This document shows positions 19,488 through 31,800 of a stretch of DNA of 64,000 nt, in pieces; the stretch's first letter is position 1, and each line of letters opens with the position of its first letter. The stretch lies in the NCBI GenBank assembly GCA_963677495.2, contig CAXXOU010000004.1, forward strand, positions 416,001 through 480,000, read 5' to 3'. The DNA comes from Candidatus Cloacimonadales bacterium (GTDB lineage: Bacteria > Cloacimonadota > Cloacimonadia > Cloacimonadales > JAFGVF01). A program made the translations under genes and the position numbers. The notes beneath the pieces were generated by a model. The model made no database searches. It worked only from the letters and a program-made list of their open reading frames with translations, and had not been told where the DNA came from.

Positions 19488-21671
19488 ATGGAAAACTTAC
19501 AAGAGAAAGCATTACAAGTACTGAATGACATTTTTGGTTATAAAGAGTTTAGAAAGTATCAGTTGAATATAATTGAGAGCTTAGTACAGGGGCAGAATAG
19601 TGTAGTCATCATGCCGACAGGTAGCGGAAAGTCACTTTGCTACCAGATACCTGCACTTATGCAGAATGGAACTGCGATTGTTATCTCACCTTTAATCTCT
19701 TTGATGAAGAACCAAGTTAATCAGTTGCAGCAGTTTGGAGTTGATGCTGCATATTTAAACAGTTCGCTTTCTCGGGATGAGTATTTTGACACTATTGGTA
19801 AGGTGAAATCTAATAAAGTAAAACTCCTCTATTTAGCTCCTGAGACTTTGATGTTACCTCAGACCTTTAACCTTTTGAATCAACTTAAAATCTCTTTAAT
19901 AGCTGTTGATGAAGCACATTGTATCTCGGAATGGGGACATGACTTCAGACCTGAATACAGGCAGATTGCTGAACTACGAGCTAAGCTTAATAACCCTCCT
20001 ACAATAGCCTTAACAGCTACTGCAACTCCATTGGTACAAGAAGATATATCCAAGAACCTTAGTTTGGATAAGTACTCCCTCTTTAAAACCAGCTTTGATA
20101 GACCAAACCTGTTCATTGAAGTGAAGATGAAGACTGATGCTGTTATGCAAGTAGTAGAAACACTGGAAAGGTTTAAGAATCAATCTGTGATTATTTATTG
20201 CTTCTCCCGTAGGGGAGTTGATCAACTTGCTGAGAAGCTACACAAAATGGGATTCAAAGTTCTACCTTATCATGCAGGATTGGATAGTGTGACCCGGAAA
20301 CATAATCAGGAAAGATTCATTAATGATGATGTTGATATTATTGTGGCAACAATTGCCTTTGGGATGGGAATCGATAAACCTGATGTGAGATGTGTTATAC
20401 ATTATGACCTACCGAAAGATGTGGAAAGCTACTATCAGCAGATAGGACGTGCCGGTCGTGATGGGGAAGATGCATATTGTCTTTTACTGTTTTCGTATGG
20501 TGATCCGGCAAAGATAAAGTTTCTCTTTCAAGACAAAGAGGAGCGTGAGAAGATTGTTGCTTATAATCACCTGGAAGCGATGGTAAACTTTGTTGAGGAC
20601 GAGGCTTGCAGACGCTCCTTTATCCTTTCCTATTTCGGTGAGGAGCATGAAGAGCAGAACTGTGGGACTTGTGATAACTGCGTGAAGGATGTGAAACCAA
20701 AAGAGGACTTGACTGTTATTGTTCAGAAGTTTCTCTCATGTGTTTATAGGACAAATCAGATGTTTGGTGCAAATCATATTGCAAAGATACTTAGGGGCTC
20801 GAAGGATAAGAAGATTATTGGTAGAGGGCATGACCAGCTATCTACTTATGGAATTGGTGTAGATCAATCATTAAAGCAATGGATGTTTGTGTATCGACAA
20901 CTCCTAAGAACAAAGGTTATTGTTTTAGATGAGCAATATGGAAGTATAAAGCTTACTGACAAAGCTAAAGAGATTTTGCAGAATAAAGAAACGTTTATGG
21001 GTCATCTGATAGAGGAAAAGGTTAAATACAAATCTAAAGCTGATATTACTGATTATAATGTTGAGTTGTTTGAACTATTGAGAGCAAAGAGAAAAGAACT
21101 GGCGGACGAGAAAGAGATTCCACCATATACAATCTTCCACGATAAGACAATCAAAGAGTTGTCGGCATTGTATCCCCAAACTGAAGCACAGTTGCTACAG
21201 ATTAGCGGAATCGGTAAGGCAAAGCTGGATAACTATGGTAGTATCTTACTCGACATTATTGTTCCGTTCTGTACTAAGAATAATCTGCAACCCAAGGTGC
21301 AATCAACACATCTTAACCTGCGAGAAGTAGAAATGGTTAGAGCATCAGGTAAAGGAGCAAGAGCTAAAGCAGCATCCAAAATGTTCAATGATGGTTACTC
21401 GATAGAAGATATTCAGAAAGAGTATGGTGTCAAGCGAACTACAGTGTTTGGTTATTTTCAAGACTATCTGTTGGAAGGGAATGTTCTAACTCAATCTTTA
21501 GAAAGCTATTTAGAAGTAAGTCATGAGGATTGTGTGAGAGCTTACGAGATGTTTCGAGAGATGGAGATACTAAGACTCAGGCCTGTGTATGACCTGTTTG
21601 GGGGTAAATATACATATGACCAGCTAAGAATATGTGCATTGATTTTTAATAATGAACTGAACAAGGTGTAG
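19488..21671 (+). CDS. recQ: ATP-dependent DNA helicase RecQ
   Basis: MPTGSGKSLCYQ, VDEAHCISEWGHDFRP, ATIAFGMGIDKPDVR, RQC cysteines, HRDC domain. Confidence 0.97.
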   Translation: MENLQEKALQVLNDIFGYKEFRKYQLNIIESLVQGQNSVVIMPTGSGKSLCYQIPALMQNGTAIVISPLISLMKNQVNQLQQFGVDAAYLNSSLSRDEYFDTIGKVKSNKVKLLYLAPETLMLPQTFNLLNQLKISLIAVDEAHCISEWGHDFRPEYRQIAELRAKLNNPPTIALTATATPLVQEDISKNLSLDKYSLFKTSFDRPNLFIEVKMKTDAVMQVVETLERFKNQSVIIYCFSRRGVDQLAEKLHKMGFKVLPYHAGLDSVTRKHNQERFINDDVDIIVATIAFGMGIDKPDVRCVIHYDLPKDVESYYQQIGRAGRDGEDAYCLLLFSYGDPAKIKFLFQDKEEREKIVAYNHLEAMVNFVEDEACRRSFILSYFGEEHEEQNCGTCDNCVKDVKPKEDLTVIVQKFLSCVYRTNQMFGANHIAKILRGSKDKKIIGRGHDQLSTYGIGVDQSLKQWMFVYRQLLRTKVIVLDEQYGSIKLTDKAKEILQNKETFMGHLIEEKVKYKSKADITDYNVELFELLRAKRKELADEKEIPPYTIFHDKTIKELSALYPQTEAQLLQISGIGKAKLDNYGSILLDIIVPFCTKNNLQPKVQSTHLNLREVEMVRASGKGARAKAASKMFNDGYSIEDIQKEYGVKRTTVFGYFQDYLLEGNVLTQSLESYLEVSHEDCVRAYEMFREMEILRLRPVYDLFGGKYTYDQLRICALIFNNELNKV

Positions 21672-21686
21672 TCAATTTTGGAAAGA

Positions 21687-21720
21687 AACAGCCTAATTCA
21701 TAATAATAAATTAGGCTGTT
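21687..21720. terminator. Bidirectional terminator
   Basis: AACAGCCTAATT...AATTAGGCTGTT between convergent genes. Confidence 0.7.
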
Positions 21721-21731
21721 CTATTATTAAT

Positions 21732-22340
21732 TTACTTCCACCACTCCTTTTCAGGAGTGAAGGGGTTGTCTTCTTTTCTACGTAGTTCTACCCAGTCTTG
21801 AATTTGCTTAACAGTTTTGCATAGGCTGTTCTTGCTTGTGTCAAACACTTCAACATTCCATCTTGGGTCGTCATTGGTAATAGAAGTCCACCTTTCATGA
21901 TGATAGTCACCCGGATTTCTATTGATAACTATTCTTTGCTCCCATTCCGGTTCTTTAGCATGCATTCGATGATATGCAGCCCAACAGAGAGTATCCATTA
22001 TTAAGGACCACTCTTCGAACATAGGTCTGTTACGGTATCTTTTTACTCTGATATAGTCATGACAATCCAGTAAGCAAGCTGAGATCCCATTAAACTGAAT
22101 TGCTTCATTACTACCAAGCAACTGCCCGAATGGCATGTGTGAGGTGAGAAGGAAATCTTTACCCTCTTTCTGGCATTCTAAAGCTCTGTCAAACCAACTT
22201 TTGAATCTTTCGTAAGCGTATTGTTCTTCGTACTTAATCTCATCTTCGCAATGACACTCAACATTTGCTAGTGCTTCTTGTAGATGAGGTACAATACTTG
22301 ATTTTCCTGAAGCAGCAGCTCCTGATATTAAGAAAAACAT
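21732..22340 (-). CDS. P-loop kinase-like hypothetical protein
   Basis: MFFLISGAAASGKSS Walker A at the N-terminus; AAGGAG RBS before ATG 22340. Confidence 0.7.
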   Translation of the reverse strand: MFFLISGAAASGKSSIVPHLQEALANVECHCEDEIKYEEQYAYERFKSWFDRALECQKEGKDFLLTSHMPFGQLLGSNEAIQFNGISACLLDCHDYIRVKRYRNRPMFEEWSLIMDTLCWAAYHRMHAKEPEWEQRIVINRNPGDYHHERWTSITNDDPRWNVEVFDTSKNSLCKTVKQIQDWVELRRKEDNPFTPEKEWWK

Positions 22341-22568
22341 GGTAACTCCTTTGTACGTTATGTACATGTAATGTATTTTGGAGTTCTGTTCATAAAAGAG
22401 CCAGAGCGTATAAAAACGGTAATCCAATTGTGATTTAATAATGTGAAAATAGTTTATAGTGTCAAGAATAATGTCAACGGGTTAGTGCTATAATAGAATA
22501 CTTAACTTTATTTATTTGACAACATCTTTGAGTATATGCAAGTTTATTATAATTGTTTAGGAGGGGAT

Positions 22569-23321
22569 ATGTGTGATTTTAGAAAACATTACATTGAATA
22601 TCTTGGAATCAACTCGGATGACTTTGAAGAGGGTGCAAGGATCTTTTATAAAGAGATAAGAAATATGGCTTATCCGGGGTATTTCTTTTACAATATGATT
22701 ATTTCATCTTATAAAGCACAAACTGTAATTACTATCCATCCTGAGTTTTCAAAGAGATTTACTTCAGAGGAATTGGTCAGTTTGCTAAAACTTGATAGAG
22801 AGGATATTCTACAATACCTAAGAAACAAGTTTAATGACTTACAAAAAGGAGCCTTTGTTAGTAGAATGTATCGTTATAGTGTTACAAGTGATGAGCTAAT
22901 GAGGTCAATAGATAAAGAAGCTGTTCTATTTACTAAACAGATGAAACCATTCTTTTATAAAAGATTTGAGAAGGCAGGTAAAGAGATTGCAGACTATCAT
23001 TGGAAAGAATCTCAGATTCTTTTTGAAAAGAAACGTTCATTCATTTGCTGCTCTGACGTGGAGTACTTCTCAATGAGTCATATCACAAATATTATTGATA
23101 ATGGTGGTAACATTGCAGTAGGTACTAATAGTCGCTACAGGGTGCGTGGATATGGAAAAGCTACTGTTATTAAAGCAGTAGAATGGTGTTTCAAGAATTC
23201 TGTTGTTCCTGTCTATTTAGTTGATTCAGCAAATGAACCCTCTATTAAACTTGCAGAATCTTTAGGTATGACAAGAAAGGCAGATGAGATTGTTGTAGGC
23301 TCAGAAAGGTTTGGGTATTAA
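22569..23321 (+). CDS. GNAT family N-acetyltransferase
   Basis: C-terminal NIAVGTNSRYRVRGYGK..., N.PSIKLAESLG; GGAGG RBS. Confidence 0.75.
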   Translation: MCDFRKHYIEYLGINSDDFEEGARIFYKEIRNMAYPGYFFYNMIISSYKAQTVITIHPEFSKRFTSEELVSLLKLDREDILQYLRNKFNDLQKGAFVSRMYRYSVTSDELMRSIDKEAVLFTKQMKPFFYKRFEKAGKEIADYHWKESQILFEKKRSFICCSDVEYFSMSHITNIIDNGGNIAVGTNSRYRVRGYGKATVIKAVEWCFKNSVVPVYLVDSANEPSIKLAESLGMTRKADEIVVGSERFGY

Positions 23322-23323
23322 AG

Positions 23324-24166
23324 CTAAGCCTGCTTTCTCCATCTGGCACAAGTTCCGGCTGGAAGATCATTACCATGCTCTGATTCTATCGCTAGTGTGA
23401 ATGTATCGATACTTCCTTTCTTAAGCTTTTGCATACTATTCAGCAGAGTTCTAAGCTCTGAAACACCAAACTCTTGATCATGACATGATAGGATGAAGAA
23501 ATCAGGGTTTGTACTAAGAACTTTCTCAACGAGTTTTATTAGTTTAGGCATATCTTTCCCAATCTTCCAAATCCCACCTTTCTTACTACGCCCAAAGGCC
23601 GGTGGATCGAGGATGATACCGTCATATCTGTTACCACGCTTACCTTCACGCTTCAAGAAGGTTAGTATATCCTCGGTTATCCATCTAATCTTATTATCTT
23701 GCTTGTTGGAAACAATTGAGTTTTCTCGAGCCCAATTTACGCTACTTGAGGCAGCATCAATATGAGTGACTTCAGACATTGAGGAAGAGGAAGCAATGCT
23801 CATTGCACCTGTATAAGCAAAGCCATTCAATATTGACAAATTATTAGCAGATTTGCTAACAATATCTTCAACCCATTGCCAATTTGTCATTTGCTCAGGA
23901 AATACTCCAATCTGACCATTTGCAGATAATCGCGTCTGAATCTTTACAGCACTAAAGACAAAAACAGGTAGTTCTTTTTCGCTTTTCACAATCCATTCAG
24001 ATGACAATGCATCAAATCTAGCATTAAAATTATTCCAGATCTCTTTATCCAGTTTTCGTTGCCAATTGGCTTGAGGTGCTGATCGTCGGAATATATAATC
24101 CCCAACCTGCTCAAGCTTCTCAAAGTCTCCGCAATCAAGTAGTTTATAGTTTGTTTCCTTAGTCAT
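23324..24166 (-). CDS. Class I SAM-dependent methyltransferase (RlmI/RlmK-like)
   Basis: YKLLDCGDFEKLE, LNGFAYTG, YDGIILDPPAFG. Confidence 0.85.
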   Translation of the reverse strand: MTKETNYKLLDCGDFEKLEQVGDYIFRRSAPQANWQRKLDKEIWNNFNARFDALSSEWIVKSEKELPVFVFSAVKIQTRLSANGQIGVFPEQMTNWQWVEDIVSKSANNLSILNGFAYTGAMSIASSSSMSEVTHIDAASSSVNWARENSIVSNKQDNKIRWITEDILTFLKREGKRGNRYDGIILDPPAFGRSKKGGIWKIGKDMPKLIKLVEKVLSTNPDFFILSCHDQEFGVSELRTLLNSMQKLKKGSIDTFTLAIESEHGNDLPAGTCARWRKQA

Positions 24167-24218
24167 GACTAAGTAGAAATTTTTGCTGGCTTATTTGTAA
24201 AGGGAAAAAACTATATCT

Positions 24219-24310
24219 TCACATGCTTAACTCTAACCCCTCCCTTGGGTTTCCCTTGCAAGCCAAGGGAAGGGCAAGGGAAACCCAAGAGTAAAATAAG
24301 AGTAGTGAAT
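24219..24310. repeat. Fold-back element with 11-nt-period arms
   Basis: CCCTTG at 24242/24253; CAAGGG at 24264/24275, CAAGAG 24286, TAAGAG 24297; the arms are reverse complements. Confidence 0.75.
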
Positions 24311-24431
24311 TCTCTGTAATGGGATTAACCTACGTTTTCGTATATATCCGAAAAGAATAGCCATACAAAAAACTTGACTCAACATCTGAGTAATCAATGT
24401 TAGCTAAATCATAAGAATAAAAGGATTAGAG

Positions 24432-26219
24432 ATGTTAGATTTACTCGGAAACATAAAAAGAACAGATTATTGTACAGACTTAAATGTAGAATCAATTGGT
24501 AAAGAAGTTGTTGTAATGGGTTGGGTTCATCGTAGAAGAGACCTTGGTGGACTTATCTTTGTAGATTTAAGAGATAGAACAGGGATTGTACAGGTTGTTT
24601 TTGATCCAGAAAATGAAGAAGTTCTTGCAAAAGCTTCACGTCTAAGAAACGAGTATGTCATGGCAGTCAAAGGTGAAGTAATTGCCAGGGAAGGTAATAT
24701 CAATGAGAAAATGGCTACCGGTGCTATTGAGATTAAAGCCCAGGAACTATATCTACTAAACGAGAGCTCTCCTCTTCCTGTTCAGGTAAATGAGGGTACT
24801 CTTGCTGATGAAGATCTTAGACTTGAATATCGTTACCTTGATTTAAGAAGAGAGACAATAAAGAGTAAAATCATGCTTAGACATGAGATTGTTGCCAAGA
24901 TTAGAGAGTTCTTAAATGGAGCAGGTTTCCTTGATATTGAAACTCCTATCCTCATGAAGTCTACTCCGGAAGGAGCACGTGACTATCTTGTGCCGAGTAG
25001 AATCCATCCCGGTACTTTCTTTGCTCTTCCACAATCACCACAGCTTTACAAGCAGTTGCTGATGATTTCAGGTTTTGATAAGTATTACCAAATCGCTCGT
25101 TGTTTCCGTGATGAAGACCTTAGAGCTGATAGGCAACCTGAGTTCACACAGCTTGACCTTGAAATGAGTTTTGTAACTGAAGAGGATGTTTATAAAGTTA
25201 TTGAAGACCTTTTGGTTTATGTATATAAGACTACAATTGATGCAGATATTGAGAAGCAATTCCCTCGTATGACTTACAACGAAGCGATGGAAAGATATGG
25301 TTGTGATAAGCCTGATACACGTTTTGCTATGGAACTTAATGATTTATCAGAAGTTCTTGCTAAATCTGAATTCAAAGTATTCTCAGGTGCATTATCTAAT
25401 AATGGTACAGTTCGTTGTATCGTAGCTCAGGGTTGTGCTACATATAGTAGAAAACAGATTGATGGTTTAATAGATATTGCCAAACATCTGGGTGGAAAAG
25501 GTCTGGCTTTTGCTAAAGTTAAAGATGGAACTCTGGATGCCGGTATATCAAAATTCCTTACAGATGATGAGAAAGCAGGAATCCTTACAAAGACCGGTGC
25601 TAATGAGGGTGATTTAGTTCTCTTTGGTGCAGATTCCAAAGAGATAGTTTTAAAAGTACTTGCAGGTGTTAGAAATCATCTTGGTGCAGAGCTTGGTTTG
25701 ATTGATGATAGCAAGTTCAAATTCTTATGGGTAACACGCTTCCCAATGTTTGAGTATAATGCTGACCAAAATAGATGGGAACCATTACATCATATGTTCA
25801 GTATGCCACAGGAAGAGCATCTTGAGCTTCTTGATGACCCAAGCAGATATGGTGAGATTGAGGGTCAGATTTATGACTTGGTTTGTAATGGTGTTGAGCT
25901 TGCTTCCGGTAGTATCAGATGCCACAGACAGGATATTCAGGAGAAGATTTTCAATATAGTTGGATTTAGCAAAGAGGAACAGGAACTCAAGTTTGGTTTC
26001 TTCCTTAATGCCTTACAATATGGTACACCACCTCATGGTGGTATTGCACCGGGTATAGACAGAATGGTTATGCAGATGACAAAAGCTGAATCGATTCGTG
26101 ACGTAATAGCATTCCCTAAAACTCTCAAAGCTGCTGACCTTATGAGCAAAGCTCCGGGTGTTGTAGATAAAGCTCAGTTGGATGAACTTCACATAAGTGT
26201 GATTGAGAAAAGCGAATAA
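24432..26219 (+). CDS. aspS: Aspartate--tRNA ligase
   Basis: [45 protein letters not shown] insert, [12 protein letters not shown]. Confidence 0.98.
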   Translation: MLDLLGNIKRTDYCTDLNVESIGKEVVVMGWVHRRRDLGGLIFVDLRDRTGIVQVVFDPENEEVLAKASRLRNEYVMAVKGEVIAREGNINEKMATGAIEIKAQELYLLNESSPLPVQVNEGTLADEDLRLEYRYLDLRRETIKSKIMLRHEIVAKIREFLNGAGFLDIETPILMKSTPEGARDYLVPSRIHPGTFFALPQSPQLYKQLLMISGFDKYYQIARCFRDEDLRADRQPEFTQLDLEMSFVTEEDVYKVIEDLLVYVYKTTIDADIEKQFPRMTYNEAMERYGCDKPDTRFAMELNDLSEVLAKSEFKVFSGALSNNGTVRCIVAQGCATYSRKQIDGLIDIAKHLGGKGLAFAKVKDGTLDAGISKFLTDDEKAGILTKTGANEGDLVLFGADSKEIVLKVLAGVRNHLGAELGLIDDSKFKFLWVTRFPMFEYNADQNRWEPLHHMFSMPQEEHLELLDDPSRYGEIEGQIYDLVCNGVELASGSIRCHRQDIQEKIFNIVGFSKEEQELKFGFFLNALQYGTPPHGGIAPGIDRMVMQMTKAESIRDVIAFPKTLKAADLMSKAPGVVDKAQLDELHISVIEKSE

Positions 26220-26220
26220 T

Positions 26221-26805
26221 ATGAAAGAATTTAGAATAGCAGTCTTCACTTCCGGAATGAGCCGTGGTTCGAACTTCGAAGCAATGGTTAATGTATTTAA
26301 AGAAATGAAACTGCCTATTAAAATAGAATTTGTCCTTATTACAAGACGCAACGCTCCAATCAAGGAGCGTTGTGAACGTCTTGGAATTCCGATATTCCAT
26401 GCAGGTACAAAAGACTGGAAAGCTTTTGAAGCGAAGATTATTACTAAGTGTAAAGAATCGAATCTCGATTTGATTGCTTTAGCCGGCTTTATGAAACAGA
26501 TTACTCCGACTATCATTGATGGTGTTGGTTGTCCGATGCTCAACATTCATCCCGCCCTGTTGCCAAACTATGGTGGAAAAGGTATGTTTGGCTCTAATGT
26601 CCATAAGGCTGTATTCGCGGACGGTTGTAAAGAATCAGGTGCTACTGTTCATCAAGTGAATGAGCATTACGATGAAGGTGATATAGTTGCACAAGAACGA
26701 GTAGATATAACTAAATGTAATTCACCGGAAGAGATTGCAAAAGCAGTTCTAAAGATTGAGCATTCTGTCTACGGAAGAGCAGTCTGGAACTTCCTTAATA
26801 AGTAA
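26221..26805 (+). CDS. purN: Phosphoribosylglycinamide formyltransferase
   Basis: GSNFEA, LAGFM, NIHPALLP, GATVH.V...YDEG. Confidence 0.92.
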   Translation: MKEFRIAVFTSGMSRGSNFEAMVNVFKEMKLPIKIEFVLITRRNAPIKERCERLGIPIFHAGTKDWKAFEAKIITKCKESNLDLIALAGFMKQITPTIIDGVGCPMLNIHPALLPNYGGKGMFGSNVHKAVFADGCKESGATVHQVNEHYDEGDIVAQERVDITKCNSPEEIAKAVLKIEHSVYGRAVWNFLNK

Positions 26806-28085
26806 TGAAAATTGCCATTAAGACTCTTGGGTGCAAGATTAATCAATATGAATCATCCTGTATCTTAGAACCCTTCGTAAAAGATGGATATGCAGTTGTC
26901 CCATTTGACTCAGAAGCTGATATCTATATTGTCAACACATGTACTGTAACAAATAGAACCGATTTTAAATCCCGCAATTTTATTAGAAAGGCGATAAAGC
27001 ATAAAGAGGTAAATCCACATGTGAAGATAGTGGTTACCGGTTGTTTTGCTCAGCGTGAACCCCAACAGATTGAGGAGATGGGAGCTATAGATATCATAGT
27101 TGATAATCAGCAAAAGGGTGAGATCTATAATTTACTTAAAACTCAGAAATTTGAGTTTCATGATATCCTCACTGAACAATACTTTCCTGAGATGCAGACA
27201 ACATCCATGAATGAACATAGTAGAGTCTTTCTAAAAGTTCAGGATGGATGTGATTTCTATTGCTCTTATTGTGCCATCCCTTATGCTCGTGGTCATTCCC
27301 GAAGTAGACAGCCTGAAAAGGTGTTAGAACAAGTGGAGCTTCTTGCCAAACAGGGTTATCATGAGTTTGTACTCGGTGGTATCAATATGGGTTTATATGG
27401 TAGGGATATGAAACAGGATTATCATCTTGAACACTTGATCAGTGATATAAGCTCAATATCGGGTGTTGAGTTGATTAGACTCAGTTCTGTTGAACCTCAA
27501 CTCTTCACTGAAGGAATGAAACTGGAAATTGAGAGGAATAGGAAGATTTGCTCGCATCTACATATCCCGCTTCAGTCAGGTTGTGATGCTATCCTTAAGG
27601 CAATGCAGAGACGCTATATTACTGCCCAGTTCAAGTCACAGATAGATGACTTACTACAAATCCGACCTGATATGGCACTTGGTTTTGACGTGATAACCGG
27701 ATTTCCCGGAGAAACTGATGAGCTGTTTGAAGAAACATATAGCTTCTTAGAGACGATTCCGTTTACGTATCTACATAATTTCACTTATTCTCGTAGAAAT
27801 GGCACTCCAGCTGCATCTATGAAAGGACAGGTAAATGGTAAGATAGCTAATGAGCGGATTAATCGCATGGAAGCTTTATCTCTTGAGAATAAGAAAGCTT
27901 ATACACAATATCTACTTGAGAATAAGGTTTCTCTAAAAGGTGTGGTTGAGAAGGTTGTTGATTGTAACTGGACATCTCTTTCAGATCATTATATCAGAAT
28001 GAATGGAAACACTGAAGTTAGGCAGGGTGAATTGATTGAGATTACACCTACAGAGATAATCAGCGATGGGGTAGAGGTAAAGTAG
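26805..28085 (+). CDS. mtaB: tRNA t6A37 methylthiotransferase
   Basis: TLGCKINQYES, VNTCTVT, KVQDGCDFYCSYC radical SAM motif, HLHIPLQSG. Confidence 0.93.
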   Translation: MKIAIKTLGCKINQYESSCILEPFVKDGYAVVPFDSEADIYIVNTCTVTNRTDFKSRNFIRKAIKHKEVNPHVKIVVTGCFAQREPQQIEEMGAIDIIVDNQQKGEIYNLLKTQKFEFHDILTEQYFPEMQTTSMNEHSRVFLKVQDGCDFYCSYCAIPYARGHSRSRQPEKVLEQVELLAKQGYHEFVLGGINMGLYGRDMKQDYHLEHLISDISSISGVELIRLSSVEPQLFTEGMKLEIERNRKICSHLHIPLQSGCDAILKAMQRRYITAQFKSQIDDLLQIRPDMALGFDVITGFPGETDELFEETYSFLETIPFTYLHNFTYSRRNGTPAASMKGQVNGKIANERINRMEALSLENKKAYTQYLLENKVSLKGVVEKVVDCNWTSLSDHYIRMNGNTEVRQGELIEITPTEIISDGVEVK

Positions 28086-28086
28086 G

Positions 28087-28779
28087 ATGATAAAAGTAGA
28101 GAATTTAAGTGTAAGATTCGGTGAAAAACTCGTATTAAACAATATAGATTTAACTATTCCTAAAGGTAAATCGACAGTTATTATCGGTCGTAGCGGCTGT
28201 GGTAAGACAGTTCTGATAAAAAGTATTATCGGTTTAGTTGAATATCAACAGGGCAAGATAGAAGTTTCAACACTAACGCATACAGTTCTTGATAAGAAAA
28301 GCATGGTAGATGTAAGAAAGAAGATATCCATGGTATTTCAGAATTCAGCATTATTTGATTCCATGAATGTTTTCCAGAACGTGGCATTCCCATTGGTTGA
28401 ACATACTGATTATAAACCAACCTTAATCAAGAAGATTGTAGAGGAAAAACTCTCAATGGTTGGATTGAAGGGAATAGAAGAGTTAATGCCTTCAGAGCTA
28501 TCGGGTGGTATGAGAAAGCGTGTAGGACTTGCGCGAGCTATCGTTTTAGAACCTGAATATGTTTTCTATGATGAACCTACAACCGGTCTTGACCCTGAAA
28601 CTACTGAAGAAATAATCAATCTTATGAGGGAGCTTGATGTGAAAGGGAATTGGACATCAGTTATTATCACTCATGATAAGAAAGTACTGGAAGCATTTCC
28701 TGAGAATATTGTGCTATTAAAAGAGGGTACGATAACATATCAGGGACACTTTAACAGCCTGACAAATCATAAGTTCTAG
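28087..28779 (+). CDS. mlaF: ABC transporter ATP-binding protein, MlaF/Mkl family
   Basis: GRSGCGKT, FQNSALFDSMNVFQNVAFPL, ELSGGMRKRVGLARA, YDEPTTGLDP. Confidence 0.8.
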   Translation: MIKVENLSVRFGEKLVLNNIDLTIPKGKSTVIIGRSGCGKTVLIKSIIGLVEYQQGKIEVSTLTHTVLDKKSMVDVRKKISMVFQNSALFDSMNVFQNVAFPLVEHTDYKPTLIKKIVEEKLSMVGLKGIEELMPSELSGGMRKRVGLARAIVLEPEYVFYDEPTTGLDPETTEEIINLMRELDVKGNWTSVIITHDKKVLEAFPENIVLLKEGTITYQGHFNSLTNHKF

Positions 28780-28840
28780 AGCAATAATGTTATTTTGTAA
28801 AAGCTACCAAGATATGGTCGCTTTTCTCATATAAATTTAA

Positions 28841-28868
28841 AAGGGGAATGCTATTTAGCATTCCCCTT
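28841..28868. terminator. Terminator hairpin between convergent genes
   Basis: AAGGGGAATGCT-ATTT-AGCATTCCCCTT. Confidence 0.75.
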
Positions 28869-28886
28869 AATTCTATAATAGAACGA

Positions 28887-31800
28887 TTACTTCATAAGTA
28901 CCATTTTATTAACTTTAGTTTGTCCACCATTCTCAAGTTTGTAGAAGTAAACACCACTTGTATGGTTGTCTGCACTCCAAACTATCTCGTTAGAACCCTT
29001 AGTTACGTTGCCGTTTACAAGAGTATCAACTAACTGACCTCTCATGTTGTAAACTTTAAGTGTTGTGTGACCTGTAGTAGGTACACTATACTTAATAGTA
29101 GTTTCTGGGTTGAATGGATTAGGGAAGTTGTTAAGTTCAAATTTTTGAACAGCAACTTGGTCATCATTGTCAGTGCTAAGGTCGATTGTAGCACGCATCA
29201 TGATGTTACCATCAGCGATCATAGTCCAAGCACCAGTACCTTCTTTAAGGTATGAGTTTCCATTAGCACCAGTGTCTTTACCGAATGCACTTGCATTAGC
29301 AGTTTCAAGAACACATACGTAGAAGATACCGTCATCAGTATCTTGGTATTCCTGACCTTCAGGAAGAAGTACGTTATTCCAACCTTCAACGAGGTTAGCT
29401 GGAGCAACAGTAGTTTGAAGTGCTTGTGTACCAGGCATTCCATCGTTACCATCGTTATTGAAAATACGATAGATAATTGGAGCTGTTCCTACTGAATCTA
29501 AGTAGAAATGAACCATTCTAAGAGTAGCATCAGTTGTACCTTCGAATTTAACACCCATCTGGTTAGTAACACCAGCATTGATTGGTTCATCTGACATACC
29601 ATCATCATAAGTAATAGTTTCATATGTATCTGGCATTACGAAAAGGTTAGCTTCTGCAGGCTCAGATGCAGAACCGTTATACATTGCTTTAACTTGGTAG
29701 AAGTTAAATGATTCAAATACTGGAGCAGTATGTGAATATGTAGTTTCTGTAACAGTTTCTAACATTGTATATGTTGTTCCGTCAGCTGAATGATAAACTT
29801 CGTAACCATCAGCGTCACGTGTTGGGTTAACTGTATAAACAGCTTTACCTCTAACGTTCCAGTTACCATTAATCTGTCCCTGTGAGCTATCGAAGATAGA
29901 TTCCCAAGCACTACCTGATTTGATCATGTCACCATAACCTGCAACTGCTGGACCTAAGTCAACAGGAGCCGGATGTGTACCTTGAGTGTTACAGCGTAAA
30001 CCGAACCAAAGTTCTTGTGTCATATCAATCTGGATTGGAGTAGCTAAAGCATAAGTATTCCATTCACCGATTGTTGGGCTTGCAACAACTTCATCAACAA
30101 TGATATTTGATGCATTAGCACCAGTCCAAACGCGTACTGAGTATTCGCATTCTGCTTCATAAGCGAAGAATTCGATTTCAGAGAGGTACATGCCATGATA
30201 TGGAAGTAACTGTGGAAGAGTCCAACGTGTAGCGATATCGAAGTCAGCTGGTTCGCCGAAACCGATTGCATCGTTATTCTCGTCACCACTATATCCCATT
30301 GTTTCGAAGTCTGGAGTTTCAGGAGCAGTCCATGTTAAATCAACATTACTACCATTCTGTACAACAGCTAAGTCTGTAGGCTCATAGAAGAAACCTGCAG
30401 GCATATATGTGAATGTAAGTTCTACAGCTTCTGATTCACCTTCATGATAAACTGCTGTGATACCTGCAAGGTGGTTAGAACCTGAAGCAAGACCATCAAA
30501 TACATAAGCATCATTCTGAACACCTGTAGCTACCTGAGTACCATCTAAGTAGATGTTGTAACCAATAAGTGAACGTTCTTGTCTTGAAGTAACTTCAACT
30601 GCACCAGCTGTAAAGCTTTCTGTAATTGTTGGCTCAGCATGCTGTGGAGCAGGAGTAGGTAATTGCATCGCAGTTCTTGTGCCGTTTTCGAATACGAATG
30701 CCTGGATAGACCAGTTATAATCGAAATCACCAAGGTCTGATAAGTTATCCCATGTTCCACCGGTTGAGATTTTGTCACCATAACCAACAACAGCAGGACC
30801 TTCGTCACCACTGGCAGGATAAGCGCCGGCAGCATGGTTATTAACTGTATAACCAACCCAAAGTTCTTGAGTACCGTCGATAGTTAAAGGAGATGGAAGC
30901 TGAACTTCATTCCAAACACCAACGTCGAATTCTGTGATTTCCTGTGACCAGATAAGGTTAGCAGCATCGTTGCCAGTCCAAATCTTCATTGTATATGTGT
31001 TGTCAGCAGATCCAGGAACGAATCGCATCATTACAATGTTTTGTCCGTCATAGTCTGTTAAACTTGCAGTATCGAAACGTGAAGCTACTGAGAAAGTACC
31101 ACCACTTGTTAAACCAATACCGTTTCCACCTTCAGAATCAGAACACCAAGACATCCATTCACCAGGAAGCTCAGGTTGATCCCAAGTAAGGATTCCACCA
31201 GGATTGATAACTTCAACATTTGAAGGAGGGTAGATACCGTAGAAAGCAGGTGTAAATGTGAAAGTGTAGTCAACAACTACAGATTCACCTGAATCGTGAA
31301 CAGCACTAACACCGGCTGTGAAATCAGCATTTGGTGTAAGGTCAGCAGGATTAAGCTGGTATGAACGTGCTTGAACGTTAGAAGCGATTAAGCTACCTTC
31401 AAGGTATACGTTGAAGCCTTGTAATTCACGAGAGTTTCTTGAAGTTGGAAGGTTACCGGCCATAAGACCAGGATTCTCAACAGTTTCAACTTCCATTGGT
31501 TCAACATTCTGTCTTTCGAGAACAACAGGTCTGCCTGTAGCATCCATAGCATAAGCCTGAAGGTTCCAGTTATAATCAAGACCCATACCTGAAATAGGAG
31601 ACCAAGCACCACCGGTAGAGATCATATCACCATAACCTGCAACTGCTGGACCTGCATCGCAACCACATGGATAACCTGTAGTTGTGTTAGCATTAACGCC
31701 AACCCAAAGTTCTTGTGTTCCATCGATTACGTGAGGAGTAGGCAATGTTATTGTGTTCCAAGCATCAATTGTTGGATTAGGAACAGCTACTGATACTGCT

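Noticed and set aside
24432..26219. Calling AspRS discriminating or non-discriminating
   Set aside because: Diagnostic positions are mixed (RDLG but REGN); cannot be decided from motifs
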